DNA of 53,595 nucleotides from a bacterium. Its GTDB lineage: Bacteria > Patescibacteriota > Minisyncoccia > UBA6257 > WO2-44-18. Positions 43,319 to 52,232 of this stretch are shown one piece after another. A program made the position numbers and the translations under genes. The DNA is taken from NCBI GenBank assembly GCA_030698695.1, contig JAUYMR010000012.1, positions 1 through 53,595 of the forward strand. The letters run 5' to 3'. Every line of letters starts with the position of its first letter. The stretch's first letter is position 1. The notes beneath the pieces were generated by a model that saw only the letters and a list, made by a program, of their open reading frames with translations, had not been told where the DNA came from and searched no databases.

Positions 43319-44554
43319 ATGAAAAACTACTTTAATAAACTTTTGAGATGGAAATTACGCGTTTTGGCGCGTTGGACTATCAAAAAATATCAGCCTGGGA
43401 TTATGGGGGTGACCGGCAGTGTCGGTAAAACTTCTGCCAAAGAAGCCATTTACGCCGTTTTGCGTAGCATACGTCGCGTTCGCGTTAGCGCCGGCAATTT
43501 CAATAATGAAATCGGTCTACCGCTAACCGTGCTTGGCGATTGGCAATATGTTGGCGGTTTTTGGTTTTGGGTTAGAGTGATTTTGGCATCGTGCTGGCGC
43601 CTTGTATATCCAGTCAAGTATCCTGAAATTTTGATTTTAGAATATGGAGCTGATAGACCGGGCGATATTAGATATTTATTAGATATAGCGCGACCTCAAA
43701 TAGGCATAGTTACAGCTGTGGGTGAAATTCCGGTCCATTTAGAGTTTTATAGCGGGCCCGAGGCCGTAGCCAAGGAAAAGGCAAGATTGGTTGAATCGTT
43801 GCCGGCCAACGGTTTTACGGTTTTAAATTTTGACGATCCGGTTGTTTTGGAAATGAAAGAGAAAACTCGCGCTCATGCTCTGACGTTTGGCTTCGGTGAT
43901 GGTGCGGAGGTTCGTATTACAAATTTTGAGAACCGTTGGAATAATGGTCGTCCCGAGGGCGTGGCATTTAAATTAGAATGTGCCGGTAGTTTTGTGCCGT
44001 TGAGGATTAATGGTTGTTTAGGAAAGCCTCAAGCTTATGCGGCGGCAGCCGCGGCATGCGTGGGCCTGGCTTTTGGTATGAATTTAGTGAGAATTGTAGA
44101 GGCATTACACTATTATAAATCACCGCCACATAGACTTAAGGTGATATCGGGCATTAAAAACAGTTTTATTATAGATGACACCTACAACGCTTCTTTACTA
44201 TCCATGCAGGGAGCGTTGGAGTCTGTTAGAGACGTTAAAAAGCGACGTAGAGTTGGCATTTTGGGCGATATGTTAGAGATCGGCAAGTATTCTATCCAAG
44301 CGCATGAAACGATTGGGCGTTTAGCTGGCAAGACATTGAATATTTTAATAACTATTGGTCCTCACGCGAAATTTATAGCCGCCGCGGCCAATAAGGTTGG
44401 TTTGGCTAAAAAGAATATATTCAGTTTTGATAGAGTTGAGGATGCTTTAGCAGAGGTAAACAAATTAGTAAGAAAAAACGACCTTATTTTGGTAAAAGCA
44501 TCTAGAGCCATTGGTTTGGGTAAAATAGTAGACAATATTAGACAGAGCCAATAG
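43319..44554 (+). CDS. murF: UDP-N-acetylmuramoyl-tripeptide--D-alanyl-D-alanine ligase
   Basis: Mur ligase P-loop GVTGSVGKTS, a DDTYNAS motif and dcw context. Confidence 0.85.
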   Translation: MKNYFNKLLRWKLRVLARWTIKKYQPGIMGVTGSVGKTSAKEAIYAVLRSIRRVRVSAGNFNNEIGLPLTVLGDWQYVGGFWFWVRVILASCWRLVYPVKYPEILILEYGADRPGDIRYLLDIARPQIGIVTAVGEIPVHLEFYSGPEAVAKEKARLVESLPANGFTVLNFDDPVVLEMKEKTRAHALTFGFGDGAEVRITNFENRWNNGRPEGVAFKLECAGSFVPLRINGCLGKPQAYAAAAAACVGLAFGMNLVRIVEALHYYKSPPHRLKVISGIKNSFIIDDTYNASLLSMQGALESVRDVKKRRRVGILGDMLEIGKYSIQAHETIGRLAGKTLNILITIGPHAKFIAAAANKVGLAKKNIFSFDRVEDALAEVNKLVRKNDLILVKASRAIGLGKIVDNIRQSQ

Positions 44555-44575
44555 AACTTCTTATAATATAAACGA

Positions 44576-44650
44576 GCTCCTATCGTCTAGTCCGGCCTAG
44601 GACGTCGCGTTCTCATCGCGAAAACTCGGGTTCGAATCCCGATGGGAGCA
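44576..44650 (+). tRNA. tRNA-Glu (anticodon CTC)
   Basis: GCTCCTA-TC-GTC-TAGTCCGGCCTAG-GAC-G-TCGCG-TTCTCAT-CGCGA-AAAC-TCGGG-TTCGAAT-CCCGA-TGGGAGC-A. CCA is not encoded. Confidence 0.9.
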
Positions 44651-44654
44651 CTAC

Positions 44655-44682
44655 TTGACAGATATTCTATATATGCTATAAT
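44655..44682 (+). promoter_or_regulatory. Consensus sigma70-type promoter immediately after tRNA-Glu
   Basis: TTGACA-16 nt-TATAAT. Confidence 0.6.
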
Positions 44683-44748
44683 GCAACGACAACCAGTACA
44701 TTGTTAGATGGTTTTGTTTTTGAGGCCACTTTCACGAAAGGAAAGATC

Positions 44749-45039
44749 ATGGCCGACGCGCGCAAGAAGGGTGGCGAAGGGGTCGTCAAGGTCGCCAAGG
44801 GCGGGAGCCAGAAGAAGAAGTCTCTCCCGCGCCGTACGGGGAAGAGGAATCGCAACGGCTACGCCAGCCGCCAGGTGACGCGTACGGAGATGAACAAGTG
44901 GCGGCGGGTTATCCGCTCCAACTCGCCCGAGGATGCCCGCGGGTGGTCCGAGAGACACGGCTACATGTCCGACCTCCGCCAGCTGGAGGAGACGAACACC
45001 AAGATGGCGGCCAAGGCCCGCAAGGCCGTCGCCACCTAG
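44749..45039 (+). CDS. Small highly basic GC-rich hypothetical protein (96 aa)
   Basis: AAAGGAAAG SD-like element before the ATG and strong G/C third-position bias. About 66% GC by hand count against about 40% background. Confidence 0.65.
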   Translation: MADARKKGGEGVVKVAKGGSQKKKSLPRRTGKRNRNGYASRQVTRTEMNKWRRVIRSNSPEDARGWSERHGYMSDLRQLEETNTKMAAKARKAVAT

Positions 45040-45045
45040 TCGTAC

Positions 45046-45080
45046 GCCCCCGATCTCACGATCGGGGGCATTTTTATTTT
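45046..45080 (+). terminator. Rho-independent terminator
   Basis: GCCCCCGATctcacgATCGGGGGC followed by a T-rich tract. Confidence 0.85.
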
Positions 45081-45150
45081 TCTTGACTCAGAACAATATA
45101 TGTGATATACTTGCTTTAGGTAATAAATGCCCCGTGAGGGGCTGAATTTA

Positions 45151-45714
45151 ATGGGTAAACCAAAAACATCAATTAAGGAAGTTATAAAAATTCTCAATGC
45201 TGGAGGCGTAGTTATTTTTCCTACGGAAACAGTTTATGGCTTGATTTGTGACGCCACCAATCCGGCAGCTCTTTTGAAGATTTATCAAATAAAAAATCGC
45301 GAATTAGGCAAGTCATTTCCCTTGCTGGTTAAAGATTTTAAAATGTTGGCCGATTATGCCATTTTCGGAGTTGATCAAAAAAAGATAATGAAATCGGTCA
45401 AAAAACCGACTAATTTTATATTAAAAGCCAAAAATTTATCGCCGCTAGTTATGCAGAAACATACCGCGGCTTTTAGAATTTCAACTCATTCCTGGGTTAA
45501 GCGGTTATTTCGTGATTTTGACAGACCGTTGGTGGCTACTAGCGCTAATTTGAGCGGTAAAAAACCAATCAGCGATCCGCGTGATTATTTGACTGCTTTT
45601 GGAGATAGGAGCAAATTGATTGAGGCGATTGTGTCCAATGGCATAAATCGTAAGACGCGGGCATCGGCTATTATTGATATAACTCGCAAACATCATAAAA
45701 TTATAAGAAGATAG
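45151..45714 (+). CDS. tsaC: L-threonylcarbamoyladenylate synthase (TsaC/YrdC)
   Basis: GGVVIFPTETVYGL and ATSANLSGK motifs. An alternative start lies at 45127. Confidence 0.85.
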   Translation: MGKPKTSIKEVIKILNAGGVVIFPTETVYGLICDATNPAALLKIYQIKNRELGKSFPLLVKDFKMLADYAIFGVDQKKIMKSVKKPTNFILKAKNLSPLVMQKHTAAFRISTHSWVKRLFRDFDRPLVATSANLSGKKPISDPRDYLTAFGDRSKLIEAIVSNGINRKTRASAIIDITRKHHKIIRR

Positions 45715-45721
45715 TCTTATT

Positions 45722-46867
45722 ATGAATTTTAGGATTCTTAAAAAAGCCAAGCGTGGCTATGGTCGGCTGGGCGTTATTGAAACTGATCATGGCGTTATTC
45801 ATACGCCATCTTTTGTTCCTGTGGGCACTCAAGCAACCGTTAAGGGATTAACCGTTGATCAATTGAGATCTTTGGGGACGGAATCGGTTCTTTGCAATAC
45901 TTATCATCTATATTTGCGACCGGGTGATAAGACGGTTAAAAAAATGGGTGGGTTGCACAAATTTATGAATTGGGATCGACCCATTTGGACGGATAGCGGG
46001 GGATTTCAAGCATTCAGCCTGGGTGCCGCTATTGAGCATGGCGTGGGGAAAATAGCCAGCATCTTTCCTGGAAGAAATCAAAAAGATGTGGGCGAGAAAG
46101 AGCGCGTGATTAAAGATGGATTAACGCGTATCACCGAAGATGGCGTTGAATTCCGCTCTCATTTGGATGGCTCTAAGCACCTTTTTACGCCAGAGAAGTC
46201 TATGGAGATTCAAGAAAATCTGGGTGCCGATATAATTTTTGCTTTTGATGAATGCACCTCCCCGCTACATGATTATCAATATACTAAAAAATCCATGGAA
46301 CGCACTCACAGATGGGCTAAGCGTTCTTTGGTCGCGCATAAACAGAAAGAGAAAAAACAATCCCTATTCGGCATTGTTCAGGGCGGCGCCTATAAAGATT
46401 TACGCGAGATCAGCGCTCAGTTTATCGGTAGTTTATCTTTCCCGGGTTTTGGCATCGGCGGCTCATTGGGTAAATCTAAAAAAGATATGTATAAAGTTTT
46501 GGAGTGGACTATGCCGCATTTGCCGGAAGATAAGCCCAGACATTTATTGGGCATAGGTTCTCCGGAAGATATTTATGAATGTGTTAAGAGGGGGGTGGAT
46601 ACCTTTGATTGTGTTTTGCCCACTAGATTGGGCAGAAACGGCAATGCTTTATTGTCCGGAGAGAATTTGAATATTAAATCAGGTCGCTATCTAAAAGATA
46701 AAAAGCCAATTGATAAAAAATGCAAATGCTATACTTGTCAGAATCATACGCGCGCCTACGTTAGTCATCTGTTTAGAGCCAATGAAATGCTGGGACCAAT
46801 TTTGACTACCATACACAATTTATTTTTTATGGAAGAATTAATGAAGGGTATTAGAAAAAGCATCTGA
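45722..46867 (+). CDS. tgt: tRNA-guanine transglycosylase
   Basis: TPSFVPVGT, TDSGGFQ, GIVQGG and the zinc motif CxC..C..H (CKCYTCQNHTRAYVSHL). Confidence 0.9.
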   Translation: MNFRILKKAKRGYGRLGVIETDHGVIHTPSFVPVGTQATVKGLTVDQLRSLGTESVLCNTYHLYLRPGDKTVKKMGGLHKFMNWDRPIWTDSGGFQAFSLGAAIEHGVGKIASIFPGRNQKDVGEKERVIKDGLTRITEDGVEFRSHLDGSKHLFTPEKSMEIQENLGADIIFAFDECTSPLHDYQYTKKSMERTHRWAKRSLVAHKQKEKKQSLFGIVQGGAYKDLREISAQFIGSLSFPGFGIGGSLGKSKKDMYKVLEWTMPHLPEDKPRHLLGIGSPEDIYECVKRGVDTFDCVLPTRLGRNGNALLSGENLNIKSGRYLKDKKPIDKKCKCYTCQNHTRAYVSHLFRANEMLGPILTTIHNLFFMEELMKGIRKSI

Positions 46868-46922
46868 TTTTTAATATCTTAACGCCTCAGACGCTTTTGT
46901 CCTTTAGTATTTTGATTTTTTT

Positions 46923-46958
46923 ATCATCCACTACCCTTAAGGGTAGTGGATGATTTTG
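46923..46958 (+). terminator. Rho-independent terminator after tgt
   Basis: 14-bp stem ATCATCCACTACCC/GGGTAGTGGATGAT followed by TTT. Confidence 0.75.
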
Positions 46959-46979
46959 TGGTGAGATTCTCATTAAATT

Positions 46980-47014
46980 TAAAACCCCCCGAAGACAATG
47001 GTGTCTTCGGGGGT
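46980..47014 (-). terminator. Rho-independent terminator of the 53-aa ORF
   Basis: Minus strand: CCCCCGAAGACaccattGTCTTCGGGGG followed by TTTT. Confidence 0.8.
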
Positions 47015-47039
47015 GCGCATGATATCCATCGCGGGCGGA

Positions 47040-47201
47040 CTAATTGCTCTTGATGGATTTTTCTCTGATGTCACAACCGACATCGGCGAGGCGGTCGTGG
47101 TGGGGGCATTTGTCGGGACGGCCATCCCGGGTTTCCATACACTCACCAATGCGTCCGTGGGCCATGCAGACCCACTGGCGGATTTCGGGCTTGGAGTCCA
47201 T
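47040..47201 (-). CDS. Small Cys/His-rich GC-rich hypothetical protein (53 aa)
   Basis: Not in the ORF track. Perfect SD AAGGAGG 6 nt before the ATG. Hand translation gives MDSKPEIRQWVCMAHGRIGECMETRDGRPDKCPHHDRLADVGCDIREKSIKSN; about 57% GC by hand count. Confidence 0.6.
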   Translation of the reverse strand: MDSKPEIRQWVCMAHGRIGECMETRDGRPDKCPHHDRLADVGCDIREKSIKSN

Positions 47202-47282
47202 AACAGACCTCCTTACAAAAAGTGCTAATCGCCGAATCCGGGCGATACGGTGCCCGTCCTTGGGCGATTATTTCCTAATTAA

Positions 47283-47312
47283 AGTATAGCACATAACGCC
47301 ATAACCTGTCAA
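47283..47312 (-). promoter_or_regulatory. Promoter for the 53-aa ORF cassette
   Basis: Minus strand TTGACA-18 nt-TATACT, predicting a GC-rich structured leader of about 75 nt. Confidence 0.5.
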
Positions 47313-47334
47313 TGACGTATTATCAAGCCGGAAA

Positions 47335-47364
47335 ACAAAAAAGAGCAAAATTGCTCTTTTTTGT
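47335..47364. terminator. Bidirectional hairpin terminator downstream of tRNA-Phe
   Basis: ACAAAAAAGAGCAA/TTGCTCTTTTTTGT. Confidence 0.75.
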
Positions 47365-47368
47365 TGTG

Positions 47369-47440
47369 TGCCGCGGGGGTGAATCGAACACCCGACACGA
47401 CGCTCTTCAGGCGTCTGCTCTACCACTGAGCTACCGCGGC
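47369..47440 (-). tRNA. tRNA-Phe (anticodon GAA)
   Basis: GCCGCGG-TA-GCTC-AGTGGTA-GAGC-A-GACGC-CTGAAGA-GCGTC-GTGTC-GGGTG-TTCGATT-CACCC-CCGCGGC-A. Confidence 0.9.
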
Positions 47441-47495
47441 CTAAAAATATAATAAATCAGTTGCGCTATTCATACAAGACCTTATTATTAATAAT

Positions 47496-47825
47496 ATGAA
47501 TGATTTAATCAAAAAACATTGTATTCCTTGTGAGGGAGGAGTATCGCCGTTGGATGAGATTGAAATTAAAGAATATCTTAAACAGGTTCCAGAGTGGTCG
47601 TTTATCAAAAGCCCCCATCATTCAATTGATCGTGAATTCAAATTCAGAAATTTTATTGAAGCTATGGAATTTGTTAATAAAGTGGCCGATTTGGCCGAAA
47701 GAGAGGGCCATCATCCTGATATAACTATAAATTATAACAAAGTAAATCTTAGTTTATGGACGCATGCCATTGGCGGTTTATTTGAAAATGATTTTATATT
47801 AGCCGCTAAGATAGACAAGCTATAA
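47496..47825 (+). CDS. 4a-hydroxytetrahydrobiopterin dehydratase (PCD/DCoH)
   Basis: EREGHHPDI..Y..V...L.TH motif; 109 aa. Confidence 0.85.
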   Translation: MNDLIKKHCIPCEGGVSPLDEIEIKEYLKQVPEWSFIKSPHHSIDREFKFRNFIEAMEFVNKVADLAEREGHHPDITINYNKVNLSLWTHAIGGLFENDFILAAKIDKL

Positions 47826-47886
47826 TAAGCGTGTTAGAAAGACTTTTCCACAGGCGAAAATTGTTTCGCTAAGTTAGAATTAAGAA

Positions 47887-50133
47887 ATGGAATATCCTCA
47901 ATCAGTTAAGAAAAGAGACGGACAATTAGAAACATTTAATCAGCAGCGGATCGCCGATGCTATTCTAAAGGCCCTCAATGCTACCGGAGAGGGTAAGGAA
48001 GAAGAGGCTAGAAAGCTTGCCCAGAAAGTCGCACAAGCGTTAGCTAAAAAATATCCATCAAAAAATATCGTTAGTATTGAAGATATTCAGGATGTCGTTG
48101 AGGAGACTTTGATTTTGACTGATTATCCCAAAACAGCCAAAGCTTATATCCTTTATCGCAAGGAGCGATCTCAATTGCGCGAGCAAAGAAAAGAAATCCC
48201 CGAGGATGTTAAAAAGTTGGTCATAGAAAGCAGAAAATATTTCCGTAATTCGTTATCAGAGTTTGTTTATTATCGTAGTTATTCCAGATGGATTGATAAT
48301 GAGGGCAGGCGTGAGACTTGGATTGAAACTGTAGATCGCTATATTGGGTTTATGAAAGAAAACATTGGCGATGCCTTATCGGGGTTGGAGTATCAAGAAT
48401 TGCGTGAAGCTATATTACGTCAAGAAGTTATGCCCTCTATGCGTTTAATGTGGAGCGCTGGCAAAGCGGCCAAATCTAGTAATGTTGCCGGTTATAATTG
48501 TTCTTTTATAGCTCCGTCAAAATTGCAAGATTTTGGCGAGATACTTTATTTATCAACTTGTGGCGCTGGTGTGGGGTTTTCGGTAGAACAACAAACTGTT
48601 CAAATGCTTCCCCAAATTAAACAGCAGACTAGTAAAGTGCCGATTAATTATATTGTTGAAGATAGTCGTGAAGGTTGGGCGGACGCTTTAGTGAATGGTC
48701 TTAAAGCTTGGTTCGGTGGTAAAGATATAAAATTTGATTATTCTAGGGTGCGGCCAGTGGGCGCCAGATTAAAAACAATGGGCGGACGTAGCTCTGGCCC
48801 CGGTCCATTGCGTGAATTATTAGATTTTGCTCGCCGAAAAATATTAGCCAAACAAGGTAGGCGTCTAGAGTCCATAGATGTTCATGATTTGGTTTGTAAA
48901 ATAGGCGAAGTAGTTGTTTCTGGCGGTGTTAGACGTAGCGCCTTGATCTCCTTATCGGATTTAGATGATCAAAAGATGCGCTTAGCTAAAAGCGGACAAT
49001 TTTATATCAATGAACCGCAAAGATCTATGGCCAATAATTCGGTGGCTTATATCAAAAGACCAACCGCCACTGAATTTCTTGATGAATGGATAGCTTTGGC
49101 TAAAAATGGCACGGGTGAGCGAGGCATTTTCAATCGTGGCGATCTGAAAAGTCAGGTACCGGCTCGTAGGTGGAAGGTTTTAGCGAAAGACGCGGCTACC
49201 ACCGGCACCAATCCTTGCGGAGAAATTATTCTTAAATCTAAAGAATTTTGTAACTTGACAGAGGTTGTGGCCAGAGTTGAAGATACCGAAGAAATTTTAT
49301 TAAAAAAAATTCGGTTAGCGACAATTTTAGGGACCTATCAATCAACTTTGACCGATTTTCCATATCTTTCTAAGGAATGGAAGAAGAATTGCGAGCAAGA
49401 AAGATTGTTGGGCGTGTCTATTACCGGTCAATGGGATTGTCCGGTAGTCCGCCAACCGGAAGTGATGTCAAAATTGAGAGAAAAAGCAATTGAAATCAAT
49501 AAGGAATATGCTGAAAAAATGAGCATAAATCCATCAACGTCAATCACTTGCGTGAAGCCGTCAGGCACAGTTTCTCAATTAGTAGACGCGGCTTCTGGTA
49601 TGCATCCGCGACACGCCCAATATTATATTCGCCGTATCCGCATATCAGCTACCGATAGCTTATTTAAAATGTTAAAAGACCAAAAAATTCCTTACTATCC
49701 CGAGGTCGGTCAGAAGGACGGCGAAGCCAACACCTATGTTTTAGAATTTCCAGTCAAAGCGCCGCCGGGGTCGGTATTGCGCAATGACATAACGGCTTTA
49801 CAGCAAATAGACTATTGGAAAATTGTTAAAGAGAATTATACCGAACATAATCCTTCGGTAACTGTTTCTGTGGGCGATGATGAGTGGATAGCGGTGGCTA
49901 ATAAGGTGTATGAAAATTGGCCCATAATTGGTGGTTTATCCTTTTTGCCCAGGTTTGAACACGTTTATGCTTTGGCGCCGTATGAAGAAATAACTGAAGA
50001 GAAATATAATGCGATGATAGCTGAATATCCCGATATAGATTTTTCTCAGATAATCATTTATGAGAAGGAAGACGAGACTCAGGGAGCTAAAGAATTAGCC
50101 TGTGTCGGTGGAGTTTGCGAAATTTTACAGTAA
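47887..50133 (+). CDS. nrdJ: Class II (adenosylcobalamin-dependent) ribonucleotide reductase with N-terminal ATP-cone
   Basis: ATP-cone VKKRDGQLETFN. Active-site NPCGEI..FCNLTEV and a C-terminal Cys pair CVGGVC. Confidence 0.85.
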   Translation: MEYPQSVKKRDGQLETFNQQRIADAILKALNATGEGKEEEARKLAQKVAQALAKKYPSKNIVSIEDIQDVVEETLILTDYPKTAKAYILYRKERSQLREQRKEIPEDVKKLVIESRKYFRNSLSEFVYYRSYSRWIDNEGRRETWIETVDRYIGFMKENIGDALSGLEYQELREAILRQEVMPSMRLMWSAGKAAKSSNVAGYNCSFIAPSKLQDFGEILYLSTCGAGVGFSVEQQTVQMLPQIKQQTSKVPINYIVEDSREGWADALVNGLKAWFGGKDIKFDYSRVRPVGARLKTMGGRSSGPGPLRELLDFARRKILAKQGRRLESIDVHDLVCKIGEVVVSGGVRRSALISLSDLDDQKMRLAKSGQFYINEPQRSMANNSVAYIKRPTATEFLDEWIALAKNGTGERGIFNRGDLKSQVPARRWKVLAKDAATTGTNPCGEIILKSKEFCNLTEVVARVEDTEEILLKKIRLATILGTYQSTLTDFPYLSKEWKKNCEQERLLGVSITGQWDCPVVRQPEVMSKLREKAIEINKEYAEKMSINPSTSITCVKPSGTVSQLVDAASGMHPRHAQYYIRRIRISATDSLFKMLKDQKIPYYPEVGQKDGEANTYVLEFPVKAPPGSVLRNDITALQQIDYWKIVKENYTEHNPSVTVSVGDDEWIAVANKVYENWPIIGGLSFLPRFEHVYALAPYEEITEEKYNAMIAEYPDIDFSQIIIYEKEDETQGAKELACVGGVCEILQ

Positions 50134-50170
50134 TATACTTAGAGAAAATTTTGTATTCTGTAGCCAATTT

Positions 50171-50968
50171 TTATAGCAAGTTGAGTTTTTTCCGTTCCAA
50201 GTGTTTTTCAGATTCCAAAACAATCTTTTCCATCATATTCACGGCTCCTACGGGATATTTGCCGATGGCGCTTTCTTCAGATAGCATTACCGCGTCAGAT
50301 CCGTCCAAAATAGCGTGAGCTACGTCAGAAACTTCGGCGCGAGTAGGGGTCGGATTTTCAACCATTGATAGCAACATTTGCGTAGCCGTTATAACGGGTT
50401 TGCGCGCCTTATTACATTTTTTAATAATCATTTCTTGAATAAACGGCAGGCGTTCTATCGGCACAGCCATACCCAGATCGCCGCGGGCGACCATGACGGC
50501 GTCAGCGGCTTTGATGATCTCGTCTATATTGTCAACGGCCATTTGTCGTTCTATTTTGGCAATAATCGGTTTTATTTTGCCGTGCTTTTTCATTAGGTCC
50601 CGCAATTCCGTGATATCGTTTTTATCGCCAACATAAGAAAGGGCGATATAGTCTATGTTTTGTTCTAGGCCGAACGCTAAATCTCTCATATCTTTGGGTG
50701 TTATAGCTTTTTTAGCGCCTACTTGAAAGTGATGGCCCTCTACTGTTGTTTCTCGTGGTCCGGATAGATCTTGAATAATAGGTATGGGGCGACCCATTTT
50801 CGCGGCAGCCTTGCGGATGCGATTTATGTAATCAGTGTGTTCTTCATGTGTGCCATGAGAGAAATTGAGGCGGGCTATATCCATTTGGCTGTTTATCATT
50901 TCTTGCAAAACACTCAGCTCTTTGCTAGCCGGTCCTATGGTGGCAACTATTTGCGCGCGTGATGACAT
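50171..50968 (-). CDS. pyk: Pyruvate kinase, minimal form (A-domain barrel only)
   Basis: [30 protein letters not shown] and [17 protein letters not shown] motifs. Only 265 aa. Confidence 0.8.
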   Translation of the reverse strand: MSSRAQIVATIGPASKELSVLQEMINSQMDIARLNFSHGTHEEHTDYINRIRKAAAKMGRPIPIIQDLSGPRETTVEGHHFQVGAKKAITPKDMRDLAFGLEQNIDYIALSYVGDKNDITELRDLMKKHGKIKPIIAKIERQMAVDNIDEIIKAADAVMVARGDLGMAVPIERLPFIQEMIIKKCNKARKPVITATQMLLSMVENPTPTRAEVSDVAHAILDGSDAVMLSEESAIGKYPVGAVNMMEKIVLESEKHLERKKLNLL

Positions 50969-51029
50969 AGTTATTTAGTTAATTGGTTAATTAGCGAATT
51001 CATTTTAGATATTAGGAATTGGAAATTGA

Positions 51030-52232
51030 TCATTTAATAGTAATCAAGCGGTTGTATTTTGCTATTCTCTCACCTCTTTGCATAGCCCCTAATTTTATTC
51101 CAAAAGCTCCGGTGGCGATGGCTAGATCAACTATGAAGCTATCATTAGTTTCTCCGCTACGATGACTGATAACGCATTCAATATCGTTGTCTCGCGCTAA
51201 TTTCATAGTCGTTAATGTTTCAGTCAATGTTCCTATTTGGTTTGGCTTGATAATAACCGCGCCAATACTATTTTTATCTATGGCTTCTTGTAGTCGTGTT
51301 TTGTTGGTGACTGTTAAATCATCACCGACAATTAATGGTTTAATGGCTGATTTTAGTTTGGCAAAATTATCAAAATCTTCTTCGCCAAATGGATCTTCAA
51401 TAGATAACAGGGGATAATCAACCGCCATTTTTTTATACAGTTTTATCAATTCGTCAGCAGTCATATTTGAACCGCTAACTTTATATGAGCCGCTTTCTAA
51501 AAAAGAGGATGCGGCTACGTCCATGGCTAATTTTATTTGATTTTTGAAACCAGATTTATCAACAGCTTCCATTAACAATTTTAGAGGTTCTTCAACATCG
51601 GTTAAGTTTGGCACAAAGCCGCCCTCATCGCCGATGTTGGCTTTTAGAATTTTCTTGAGAGAATTTTGAACTGAGTGGATTATATTTAGATTATCTTCTA
51701 GATTATCCATCTGAGGGACTAGATGATATTCCTGAAAAGCTAGATCGGTAACAGCGTGCTTACCGCCATTAATTAAGTTGGCATAAAGATAGGGCAGGGG
51801 GCGTGATTTTTTTATATCCGCCAAGTCATTAATATGCTGCCATAGTGAACGTTTCGTTGTGGCGGCGCCCAATCTGGCGATGGCCAAACTTACTCCTAAA
51901 ATGGAGTTGGCGCCCAGATTGGCTTTGTCGGGCGTATTGTCCAGAGATAGTAAAAGATTGTCTATATCCGCTTGGTATTCGGGATTTTTATTTAATATGG
52001 CTGGAGCAATGATCTGATTGACGTTAGCGGCAGCTTTTTTTACACCCAAACCACCGAAACGTTTATTGTCGCCGTCTCTTAACTCAACGGCCTCAAACTT
52101 ACCAGTGCTCGCCCCAGAGGGTACGGATGCGCTTACTTGATAATTTTCCGTGGCGGCCGTAATCAGCAGAGTCGGATTGCCTCGCGAATCCAATATTTCT
52201 TCAGCTTGCAGTGATTTAATTTTATTGGTCAT
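51030..52232 (-). CDS. eno: Enolase
   Basis: EILDSRGNPT, SGASTG..EA.ELRD, GDEGGF, and the IKPNQIGT and SHRSGET motifs. Confidence 0.95.
   Translation of the reverse strand: MTNKIKSLQAEEILDSRGNPTLLITAATENYQVSASVPSGASTGKFEAVELRDGDNKRFGGLGVKKAAANVNQIIAPAILNKNPEYQADIDNLLLSLDNTPDKANLGANSILGVSLAIARLGAATTKRSLWQHINDLADIKKSRPLPYLYANLINGGKHAVTDLAFQEYHLVPQMDNLEDNLNIIHSVQNSLKKILKANIGDEGGFVPNLTDVEEPLKLLMEAVDKSGFKNQIKLAMDVAASSFLESGSYKVSGSNMTADELIKLYKKMAVDYPLLSIEDPFGEEDFDNFAKLKSAIKPLIVGDDLTVTNKTRLQEAIDKNSIGAVIIKPNQIGTLTETLTTMKLARDNDIECVISHRSGETNDSFIVDLAIATGAFGIKLGAMQRGERIAKYNRLITIK

Noticed and set aside
44704-45145. ORFs 44704..44958 (-), 44898..45086 (+) and 44933..45145 (+) overlapping the GC-rich 96-aa gene.
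   Set aside because: High GC removes stop codons in all frames. Only the 44749 frame has an SD-like element, strong third-position G/C bias, and a stop just before the terminator.
46998-47289. Plus-strand ORFs of 76 aa and 81 aa from the track.
   Set aside because: They have no SD and run antisense to a promoter/SD/terminator-delimited minus-strand 53-aa ORF. They are probably GC-driven open frames.
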